Shown here: positions 1 to 9,100 of the stretch, piece after piece | How positions within the stretch are numbered: position 1 is the stretch's first letter | Layout of the letters: each line of letters begins with the position of its first letter | Source: Candidatus Eiseniibacteriota bacterium | GTDB lineage: Bacteria; Eisenbacteria; RBG-16-71-46 | Length of the DNA: 22,106 bases | NCBI GenBank assembly: GCA_044222065.1 | Contig: JBGAOA010000070.1 | Location: forward strand, 1 to 22,106 | Direction of reading: 5' to 3' | Notes under the pieces: model-generated | The model's input: the letters and a program-made list of their open reading frames with translations, nothing else | What the model was told of the DNA's origin: nothing | Databases searched by the model: none | Program-made: the position numbers and the translations under genes

Positions 1-354
1 GGCTGCCGCCGTCGCGTGCTCGGCGCGTTCGTGAACGCGAGTGCGGTCGCCGAGGCGGTCGCGGCCTGCGAGGCCGTGCTCGTGGTGTGCGCCGGGAAGC
101 TCGGCGAGTTCGCGCTCGAGGACGCGGCGTTCGCGGGCTGGCTCGTGAACGCGCTCGTTGCGCGCGGTCACCGCGCCGTCGGCGCCGCCGCGCGGCTCGT
201 CGCGGCGATGGCGCCGGCGACGCCGGCCGCCGTGCGCGCGCTCGTCGAGGGCTCGCAGCACGGGCGCTACCTCGCGTCCCTCGGCCCGGCATTCGCGCGC
301 GACGTGGACTTCTGCGCCGCGCTCGATTCGCTGCCGCGCGCGCACGCCGCGTGA
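1..354 (+). CDS. comB: 2-phosphosulfolactate phosphatase (ComB family), 5'-truncated by the window edge
   Basis: Frame is open from base 1 to TGA at 352-354. Motifs LGAFVNASAVA, VVCAG..G.FALED and D..FCA.LD match the C-terminal half of ComB-family proteins. Confidence 0.75.
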   Translation, partial: GCRRRVLGAFVNASAVAEAVAACEAVLVVCAGKLGEFALEDAAFAGWLVNALVARGHRAVGAAARLVAAMAPATPAAVRALVEGSQHGRYLASLGPAFARDVDFCAALDSLPRAHAA

Positions 355-365
355 GGCGCGCGCCC

Positions 366-527
366 AGGCTCCTCTTGAATACCCGATTGTGGGACCCGCA
401 TTCGGCGAGTGCCCGGCTCGGTCATTCGTCACTGCGGAGCATCCCGCGGATACACCTCCGGGGTACCCACGCGAAGCGTGGGTCGCACTCCCTCGCCGCC
501 TTGCACTCAGGTGTTCAAACGGAGCCT
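366..527. repeat. ~162-bp intergenic element with imperfect terminal inverted repeats (MITE/ERIC-like element or structured RNA)
   Basis: Left arm 366-386 AGGCTCCTCTTGAATACCCGA matches the reverse complement of 507-527 (AGGCTCCGTTTGAACACCTGA) at 17/21. Internal hairpins include ACCCACGC-GAA-GCGTGGGT (465-483). It lies between the convergent comB and lptG stops and is less GC-rich than the flanking genes. Confidence 0.6.
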
Positions 528-1605
528 AGCGCCGCTGCGCGTCCGCGAGCATGAACGCCCCGATCGTTCCGAACAGCACGTCGCCGAACCACGCCGCGAC
601 GTAGGGGGGCAGCGCGCCGTTGTGCCCGAGCGCCTGGCCGGTGCGCATGATCGCGACGAACAGGAACGCGATCGCGACCGACAGTCCGAAGCCGACCGCC
701 GCGCTCTGAAGGCGGAGCCGCGTCGCGATCGAGGCGCCGAACAGGATCACGACGATGTTCACGAGCGGCATCGACAGCTTGAGGTGCAGGTCCACGAGGT
801 AGTTCGCGACCCGCGCGCCGCTCGCGCGCAGCCGCACGATGTACTCGCGCAGCGAGAAGTAGTCCATCTCGTTCGGCTGGACGCTCTCCTTGGCGAAGTC
901 GGCGGGCACCTCGGCCAGCTCCGGCATCGGAAGGCGGTCGAACGGGCGCGCGCGCTCGACGCCGCGCTGGAACGAGCGCTCGTAGCCCGACACGAACACC
1001 CACTGGCGGCCGTCCCAGTGCGCTTCGGCCGCGTCCACGCGGCGCGCGAGTTCGCCGCGCCGGAACTCCTGAAGCGACACCTCGTGCATGCGCTGCTGGC
1101 GCACGAGGTAGAGGCGCACGACGTAGATGCGGCCGCCCTCGCCGAGGTACGTGACGTCGGCGCGCTCGGTCGCCTCGTCGCGGCGCAGCTGCTGGATGCG
1201 CTGCTCGTAGATGTGGTCGCGCTCGCGATTCGCGGCCGGCACGACCCATTCGCCGAGCAGCAGCGAGACGGCGACGCATGCGAACGAGATCACGAACACG
1301 GGCCGCAGGATACGGACGAGCGACACGCCCGACGCCCGCATCGCAGTCAGCTCGCCGAACTTGTTGAGCTGGCCGAGGCCGAGGAACGTCGCGAGCAGCA
1401 GCGCGACGGGCAGCACCTGCACGATCACCTCGGGCGCGCGGAACAGGTAGAAGCGCGCGATCAGGTCCCACGGCGCGTGGTGGTCGAGGAACACGTCGAT
1501 CTTCTCGAACACGTCCACGACGATGAACAGCACGACGAAGCCGCCGAGTCCGAGCGCGAGGTAGCCCGAGAACTCCCGCAGCACGTGGCGGTCGAGGATC
1601 CTCAC
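526..1605 (-). CDS. lptG: LPS export ABC transporter permease LptG (359 aa)
   Basis: GTG start (VRILDRHVLREF) overlaps the lptF stop by 4 nt. Three TM segments, LptF/G motif GELTAMRASGVS, periplasmic domain, QPNEMDYFSL, HLKLSMP, then three C-terminal TMs ending in LPPYVAAW. Confidence 0.88.
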   Translation of the reverse strand: MRILDRHVLREFSGYLALGLGGFVVLFIVVDVFEKIDVFLDHHAPWDLIARFYLFRAPEVIVQVLPVALLLATFLGLGQLNKFGELTAMRASGVSLVRILRPVFVISFACVAVSLLLGEWVVPAANRERDHIYEQRIQQLRRDEATERADVTYLGEGGRIYVVRLYLVRQQRMHEVSLQEFRRGELARRVDAAEAHWDGRQWVFVSGYERSFQRGVERARPFDRLPMPELAEVPADFAKESVQPNEMDYFSLREYIVRLRASGARVANYLVDLHLKLSMPLVNIVVILFGASIATRLRLQSAAVGFGLSVAIAFLFVAIMRTGQALGHNGALPPYVAAWFGDVLFGTIGAFMLADAQRR

Positions 1606-2990
1606 GCGACCGCTCCGCGCCGGTCGCCCGGACGGGGCGCGCGCGGCGGGCGCTGCGGCAGCAGGTCGCACGCCCGCAGCGTCTGCGCGACGCCCCACGC
1701 ACCGAGCACGAGGTTCGCGAGCCACATCGAGAGCCACGGCGGCAGCAGCAGCCGGTTCGCGAGTTCCTCGCCGCCGACGAGGCACAGGTAGTAGAAGAGG
1801 AAGAACCCGATCGAGACGAACGCCACGGCGGGGCCCGCGCGTCGCACGCGCATGCCGAGCGGCGCGCCGATCAGCACGAACACGAGGCAGGCGGCCGGGA
1901 GCGAGAACTTCTTGTGGATCTCGACGGACAGGCCGGCGACGCGCCGCTCGAGCGACTGGCGCTCGAGCGTCCACAACTCGGTCTCGGTCTGGAGCCACGG
2001 CATCTTGCGCGTCGCGTGCTCGAGCACGTCCTCGCCGTTCACGACTTCGTTCCAGAGCGCGCGGATCCGGTCGACGGGGCCGCGCGGGGGCGCGAGCATC
2101 GCCGCGTCGGCCGGCGTCGGCGCGCCCGCGACGCGCAGGCGGTCGATCGCGCGCTGCCGCGCCGCGCGGTACTGGCGCTCCACGCTGTCGCGCACCGCGA
2201 TCCGGTCGCGCGCGCTCATCTCGCGATCGGAGCGCACGTCGCGCACGGTGCGCTCGAGCAGGTTGCCGGCGCCGGCGAGGTACAGGTCGTGCGTGCGGAA
2301 CACCATGCGACGGTAGAGGCGCGAGCCGCCTTCCGTCGCCGGGATCTCGTGGATCTCGCCGTCCTTGAGCCGGAACACCGCCGTGCGTCCGTCGCGCGTG
2401 TACTCGAGCGTGCCGCGCTTGGCGAGGATCGTCGTCGGGGGCCCGCCGGGATTGAGCTTGTAGATCGTGACGCCGCGCATCTCGTTCGTGCGCCCGTTCA
2501 CCGACTGGACGAGCAGGTTGTAGCCCGGGAAGTCGGTGATGAACTCGCCCTCGTGCAGCTTCACGGTCGGCCGCATGCGCCCGATGTCCACGAGCAGGTT
2601 CGCGAACGCGTGGTTCGTCTCGGGCAGGACGTGGTTGTTGAACAGCGTGAGGCCGACGGTGAGCGCCGCGGCCGCGACGAGCGGCCCCACGAGCACGGTC
2701 GCGAGGTTGACGCCGCTCGCGCGCAACGCGGTGATCTCGTTGTCCTGCGAGAGCCGGCCGAACGTCATGAGCACCGCGACGAGCACGGCGCACGGGGCCG
2801 AGAGCGCGACGATGTAGCCGAGGGACAGGACGAACAGTTGCGCCACGACTCCGACCGGAACTCCGCGGTTCACGACCAGGTCGAGGTAGTCGAACAGCAC
2901 GTCCATCTCGAGGATGAACGTGATGACGCCGAAGCCCAGCAGGAACGGAACCAGGTGGAGCTTGAGGATGTACGAACGGAGGAGTCCCAC
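1602..2990 (-). CDS. lptF: LPS export ABC transporter permease LptF (462 aa, extended periplasmic region)
   Basis: LLRSYILK N-terminus, FGRLSQDNEITALRASGV, VEIHKKFSLPAACLVFVLIGAPLG and SMWLAN are YjgP/YjgQ (LptF/G) hallmarks. It is the first gene of a tandem pair. Confidence 0.88.
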   Translation of the reverse strand: MGLLRSYILKLHLVPFLLGFGVITFILEMDVLFDYLDLVVNRGVPVGVVAQLFVLSLGYIVALSAPCAVLVAVLMTFGRLSQDNEITALRASGVNLATVLVGPLVAAAALTVGLTLFNNHVLPETNHAFANLLVDIGRMRPTVKLHEGEFITDFPGYNLLVQSVNGRTNEMRGVTIYKLNPGGPPTTILAKRGTLEYTRDGRTAVFRLKDGEIHEIPATEGGSRLYRRMVFRTHDLYLAGAGNLLERTVRDVRSDREMSARDRIAVRDSVERQYRAARQRAIDRLRVAGAPTPADAAMLAPPRGPVDRIRALWNEVVNGEDVLEHATRKMPWLQTETELWTLERQSLERRVAGLSVEIHKKFSLPAACLVFVLIGAPLGMRVRRAGPAVAFVSIGFFLFYYLCLVGGEELANRLLLPPWLSMWLANLVLGAWGVAQTLRACDLLPQRPPRAPRPGDRRGAVA

Positions 2991-3046
2991 GGGCCGCAGC
3001 CTACCTTACGCGCCGGATCCCGCGAAGCCTCTGGCCCACTGCGACT

Positions 3047-3075
3047 TTGACCCGCTCCCCAGCGCTTGATACGGT
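3047..3075 (+). promoter_or_regulatory. Putative sigma70 promoter for sprA
   Basis: TTGACC (3047-3052), 17-bp spacer, TACGGT (3070-3075) with extended -10 TG (3067-3068). Followed by a 9-bp GC hairpin (3084-3105) and GAGG (3115-3118) before ATG 3124. Confidence 0.5.
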
Positions 3076-3123
3076 CCGCCGCGGCGCCGCCAGCCCTGGC
3101 GGCGCGAGCCATTTGAGGCCCGG

Positions 3124-6100
3124 ATGTCGCCACTGCTGACCCTTCCTTTGCTGGCCATCAGCCTCGCTTTCCCCTGGTTCGGAAAGCTCCCGGCATGGAA
3201 GTCGAAGCCCCGCGCGACCACGGTGGCGGCGGACACGCTGCCTCCGGTCTGGCGGCCCGCCTCCCGCCTCGCGCTCCAGAGCGAACTCGTGCGCCCGACC
3301 CTGCCCGCGCTGCGGCGCTTCTACGTCGGGCTGCAACTGCGCGAGGACCCGCGGCGGCTGCGCGTGAGCTTCGACGCCGACTCCGCGACGCTCAGCACCG
3401 GCGTCGAAATGGGCTCGATCCCGCTCGGCGGCGCCTCGCGCCTGCCGCTCGGGGAGTTCGCGCGCGACCTGCCGGCGACATCGTTCGAGAAGCAGTGGCT
3501 CCAGAGCAACCGCGAGCGGCTCAATTCGCTCGGCCAGTACAGCTCCGCGAACGTGCCGCAGAGCGGCATGGGCCTCTCGGTGCACTTCCCGTCGCCGCTG
3601 CCCCAGCGATTCCGCAGCATCCTCGGACCCGGGAGCCCGGCGCTGACGCTGCGCGGCACCGAGAGCATCCGGCTCTCGGGGCAGAGCAACTGGACGAACC
3701 AGCAGATCGGCCCGCTCGGCCGAAAGCAGTCGCTGTTCCCGTCGCTCGACATGCAGCAGGACCTCGACATTCAGCTCGAGGGCCAGCTCTCGGACCGCAT
3801 CAAGGTCAACCTGCTCCAGAACACCGGCATCCAGGTGCCGCTCGCGAACCGCATCGCGATCAACTACAAGGGCGACGAGGACGACCTCGTCCAGGCGCTC
3901 GACCTCGGGAACACGAACCTCACGCTGCCGGGCACGCAGTACGTGTCGTACAGCGGCAAGAACGAGGGTCTGTTCGGCGCGAAGGCGACGACGCGCATCG
4001 GCCCGCTCGACTTCACGATGCTCGCGAGCAAGCAGGAGGGACGCAGCGAGCGCGCGGCGTACGCGGGCGGCGCCTCGTCCCAGAAGCAGTCCATCTCGGA
4101 CCACGACTGGATCCACGGCCGCTTCTTCTTCCTGTACGAGCCGAACGGGCCCTCGCTGTACATCCCGCCCGACAGCGTGCAGGTCTACCTCGACGACGCG
4201 AACGCGTACAACGACGTCGCGACCGGCGCGCGGACGGGGCGCGCGTACGTGGATCCGTCCACGACGCCCGTGGACACGCTCAACACGATTTCGGTGCGGG
4301 GCTCGTTCGCCGTGCTCAACTACGGCGCCGACCTCGACTACGAGATCAACCGCACGCTGTACGGCCCCTTGTTCCCGGTGCTGCACCTCGCGCGCGACGT
4401 CACGTACAACCAGGCGATCGCGGTGAGCTACTACGCGTACCCCGTGCTCGGCGTGGACGGGCAGGGCCGCCCGATCCTCGGCGATCGCTTCCGCGTCGGC
4501 GGCACGATCGGAACCGAGAGTCCGACGGACACGACGTCGATCCTGCAGCTCAAGCTCGTCCGGCCCCCGGCGAACAAGCTCAAGCAGTCGGGAATCGGCT
4601 TCGACACGACCGACGTGTTCGTGCAGGCGCGCGAGCTCGAGCTTAAGAACGTCTACCAGCTGCCGGGACAGCGGATCGATCCGCAGACGTTCAAGCTCTC
4701 GATCCGCAAGGGGCGCGACGATCCGCCGGTCACGACGTTCCGGACGGCGGCGACCGGCGACACGGCGCTCACGTTCCTCGAGGCCGTCGGCCTCGACAAC
4801 TTCGACGAGACGACGGGGCAGAGCCTCGAGGGCCACGACGGCCGCGTGGACGGCACGCTGCCGAGCCAGCAGAACCGCTACTTCGTGGACTTCGAGAACG
4901 GGCTGCTGATGTTCTACGACCTGCGCCCCTTCGCGCCGCGTCTCTACAAGCCGTTCGAGTCCTCGGTCGCGAACGTGCTGTTCCGCCGCGCGCGCCTCGA
5001 CGGCCCGGTGGACTCGCCGAACGAGGCGAACCCCGCGCCGTACGACGTCTACACACCGCTGCGCGACGTCAACACGAAGTACCTGATCGACGTGGAGCTG
5101 AGCGCGCAGCGCGCGACCGGCGAGATCAATCTCGGGCGCACGAACATCCTCGAGGGGTCCGAGAAGGTCACCGTCAGCGGCGTCGAGTGGGTGCGCAACC
5201 GCGACTACGAGATCGACTACGACCTCGGGCGCCTCACGCTCAAGAAGCAGCTCGGCGCGACGGAGAACCTGAGCGTGGACTACTCCTACGCGCCGCTGTT
5301 CGCGCAGGCCGGGCGCACGCTCGTCGGCAGCGCGTTCAAGCTCGAGGGCCGCGACAAGCTGTTCGGCGGCGCGTTCATGTACGAGAGCAAGGGCGCGCAG
5401 GACCTGCGGCCGCGACTCGGCGAAGAGCCGTCGCGCAGCGTGATCGGCGACCTCAACACCGACTGGACGTTCCGCCCCGACTGGGTGACGCGACTCGTGG
5501 ACGCGCTGCCCGGACTGCGCACGACGGCGCAGTCCGAGTTCCGCTTCCAGGGCGAGGTCGGCGCGTCGTTCCCGAATCCGAACACGCGCAACGAAGTGTA
5601 CGTGGACGACATGGAGGGCGTGCGCGACGCCGTGTCCGTGTCGCTCGACCGCGGCCGCTGGCGCTACGCGGCGCCGCCGCGCGTTCGCTCGGGCGGCATC
5701 GAGCGGCGCATCGACGAGGTCTCAGGCCGCAAGCTCGCTGAGCTTCACTGGTATTCGCCGGCCTCCACCGTTCTCGAGAGCGACCTCAAGCCGAAGCTCA
5801 CGGAGGCGCAGGGCTCCAAGAACCGCCGGCTCGTGCTCGCGATGTCGGTGCCGCGCCGCCCGCTCACCGCACTCCCGACCGACACGCTGTGGACGGGCCT
5901 GACGTACGTGCTCGACCAGCAGGGCTTCGACCTCTCTCGCTCGCAGTTCATCGAGCTGTGGGTCAGCGACTGGGCCGACTACCACTCGGGCGTCTCGCAG
6001 CCGCGTGTGCGCGGGCGGAACGTGCGGCTCAATATCGACCTCGGCGTCGTGAGCGAGGACCAGCAGCGCGTGCCGAATCGCCCCGCGAACAACAAGCTCG

Positions 6101-9100
6101 ACACCGAGGATCAGGGCAATCCCCCGGACGGCCAGCTGACGATCGCGGAAGGCAACAACGAGGACACGGGCTTCGACGGCGTGGATCCCGACACCGCGGT
6201 GTTCAACGGCGCGAATCCGCTCGATCCCCGCAACCTGGACCTCGTCACCGCGAACGGCGACGACCCGGCCGGCGACCGCTTCGAGACGATCCAGGATTCG
6301 CCGAACAAGGAGGACATCGACCCGCGGCGCTACGTGCGCGTGAACGGCACCGAGGAGAACCACAACCTCGATCCGCTGCCCGACACCGAGGACATGAACC
6401 TGAACGGCACGCTCGATCGCGACGAGGACTTCTTCCGCTACACGATCGACCTCGGCGATCCGAACCAGCGCTACCTGATCACCGACGTGCAGCGCGACTT
6501 CCCGGACGCCGTTCCGCCGCCGGCGGCCGACAACGGCTGGCGTCGCTACCGCATCCCGCTCACGGACTCGCTGCGGACCGCGTTCGGAAATCCGAACCTG
6601 TCGCTCACGCGGCACGTGCGCGTGTGGCTCGACGGCCTCTACGACGGCGACGGCGCTCCGGACTCGCGCGGCGTCGTGAAGCCGCTCGTCATGCTCGGCG
6701 GGCTCGAGATCGTGGGCAGCCGCTGGCAGTCGGTCGCGCTCACCGACTCGCAGAAGACCGCCGGCACGACGCAGACGCTGAACTCGGTCAACAGCGTGGA
6801 CAACGCGGAGCGCTACGTCGCGCCGTTCGATCCCGGCCGCACGCGCAGCGGCAGCCAGGAACTGGCGCGGCGCGAGCAGTCCGTGGCGCTCGAGTTCACG
6901 CGCTTCCAGCCGGGCGACACGCTCGAGGCGTACAAGACGTTCTCGATCGACGAGAACTACAGCCGCTACGGGACGCTCAACTGGTACGCCGCGGCGTTCG
7001 ACGTGGACGGCTACATCGCCGGCGCCGACACGCTCTACTACTTCGTGCGCTTCGCCTCCGACGAGCAGGGGCGGAACTACTACGAGTACAAGTCGCTGCT
7101 GCCGCCGTCCTCGCAGGCGCTCGCGATCGCGTGGCGTGAGGTGCGGCTCGCGCTCACGGAACTCTCGAACGTGAAACTGCGTTCCGACTTCCCGACGACC
7201 GGCGACATCCTCTACCGCGTCGCGGCCGAAACCCCCGGCGATTCGATCGTGATTCGCGGACGCCCGTCGTTCACGCGGCTGCGGCGCGTGTCGTTCGGGC
7301 TCCTCAATCCGTTGAACTCGCGCGTCTACGACCGTGGCGAGCTGTGGTTCGACGAACTGCGCGCGACCGACGTCGCGAAGGACCGCGGCACCGCGCAGCG
7401 CATCACGACGAGCGGCCGGTTCGCGAACCTCGCGAACTACAACATCAGCTGGGACGCGCGCGACGCCGACTTCATCACGGTCGGCCAGAGCCGCGGGTCG
7501 GGCACGAGCAACGACCAGTTCAACTTCACGGGCGGGCTCGATCCGTCCCGCTTCGTCGAAGGCACCGGCATCGCCCTGCCGCTCAACTTCACGTACTCGC
7601 GCAACACGCAGAAGCCGCGGTTCACGGCGGGCGACGACGTCGTGCGCACGGGCGCGCTCGCGGACGCGAGCGTGACGCGCACCGAGACGCGCGGCTTCAG
7701 CACGAACTACGCGCGCACGTGGGGGCCGAGGTCGAATCCGTTCCTCAAGTACACGGTCGGCGGCGTGACCGCGAACTTCAGCCGCAACGAATCCGAGAGC
7801 GTCTCGCCGTCGGGCGCCTCGAACAGCCGTACGACGAACCTGAACGTCGCGTACGCGATCGCGCCGCGCGAACTCGTCGCGATCGGCCTGCCGCTCACGA
7901 AGGCGCGCCTGCGGCCGCTGCCGGAGCGGTTGTTCTGGAACTACTCCTCGACCCGTTCCGACGCGAAGAACTACACGCGCTCGGACGACGGCAGCGCGCT
8001 GTTCCTCACGAGCGCGCCGAGCGGGCGCACCGGCACGCTCGCGTTCGGCGCGGACACGCGCCCGCTCGACTTCTTCCACCATCACGTGGACGCGCTTCGC
8101 AACCTGGAACTCGACGAGCCGCTGCGCGAGAAGGTCGCCGGCGTGAACCTCGGCCGCGTCGTGAACTGGCGGCAGAACATGGACGCGGCGTTCGGACTCA
8201 ACAAGGGCGACTGGCTGACGCCGCGCTTCAGCTGGAACTCGAGCTACGCGCAGGACAACCGCCCCGAACTGTCGCCGCGGCGTGACCTCAGCGTGCGGGC
8301 CGTCTCGAACACGCAGAGCATGAGCGTGAGCTGGTCGCTGCCCTTCGATCGGCTCGCGGCGCCGCCGAAGACCGCGCCGGGCGGCCAGCGCTTCAGTCCC
8401 GGCGGCCGGCCGATCGGCGGTCCGGTCCCGTCCCCGGGTGCGACCGGTTCGCCGCCGCGAGCGGGGACGCTCGCCGGTGCGGGCGTCAATCCGGCCGCGC
8501 CCGGCGGCGCGCCGGCCGTGACGCCCGGGGGGCCGCCGCCCGGCGGAACCGGAGCCGATCCGTCGCAGCCGGCGGGGGGCCCCGAGCCCTCCGAGAGCGA
8601 GGACGTGCCGCGCGAACTTCCGGGGCTCACCCCGCCGCAGGCCGCGCCGGCGCCGCCGATCGCGGCGGCGGACTCGGCCGCGGCCGACACGACGCGGCGG
8701 GCCGTGAAGCCGGCGCGTCCGCCCATCACGATCGACTGGCGCTCGATCGTCTCGCGGCTCGGCCGCGTGAGCTGGGACGCGTCGTGGGACCGTAACTCCA
8801 ACTTCTCGCGCCTCACGGGCACGCCGAGCCTCGGCTACCTGTTCGGCCTGTCCGACGATCCGGGCCTCGCCTCCGATTCGACCGGCCGCGTGCGCGAGGA
8901 GTTCGGGAACGTCGCGTCGTTCGGCACGAACTGGCGGACGTCGGCGCGCACGCGCGTCACGCTGCCGTGGGACGCGTCGGTGAACACGAACGCCGAATGG
9001 ACGTCGCGGCGCTCCGAGAGCAACCGCGTCCTCACGAAGAACGCCTCGTCGCGCTTCCCGAACTTCGAGATCACGTACGGACGGCTGCCGCAGGCGCTGC

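Noticed and set aside
1..354. comB as evidence of coenzyme M biosynthesis
   Set aside because: Stand-alone ComB-family phosphatases are widespread in bacteria, and no comA/C/D/E genes are in the window.
366..527. tRNA or tRNA-Sec in the comB-lptG gap
   Set aside because: No cloverleaf, no T-arm GTTCGA in the right context and no CCA end on either strand.
526..2793. 755-aa ORF suggesting an extended or fused LptG
   Set aside because: The part upstream of 1605 is an off-frame read of lptF. LptG homology starts at GTG 1605, overlapping the lptF stop.
6097..6430. Asp/Asn-rich calcium-binding-like motifs in SprA (DTEDQGNPPDG, EDTGFDG, DMNLNGTLD) as a novel domain
   Set aside because: A similar acidic segment around PDTED.N.N..L is part of the SprA family as I recall it, so it is not evidence of a new domain.
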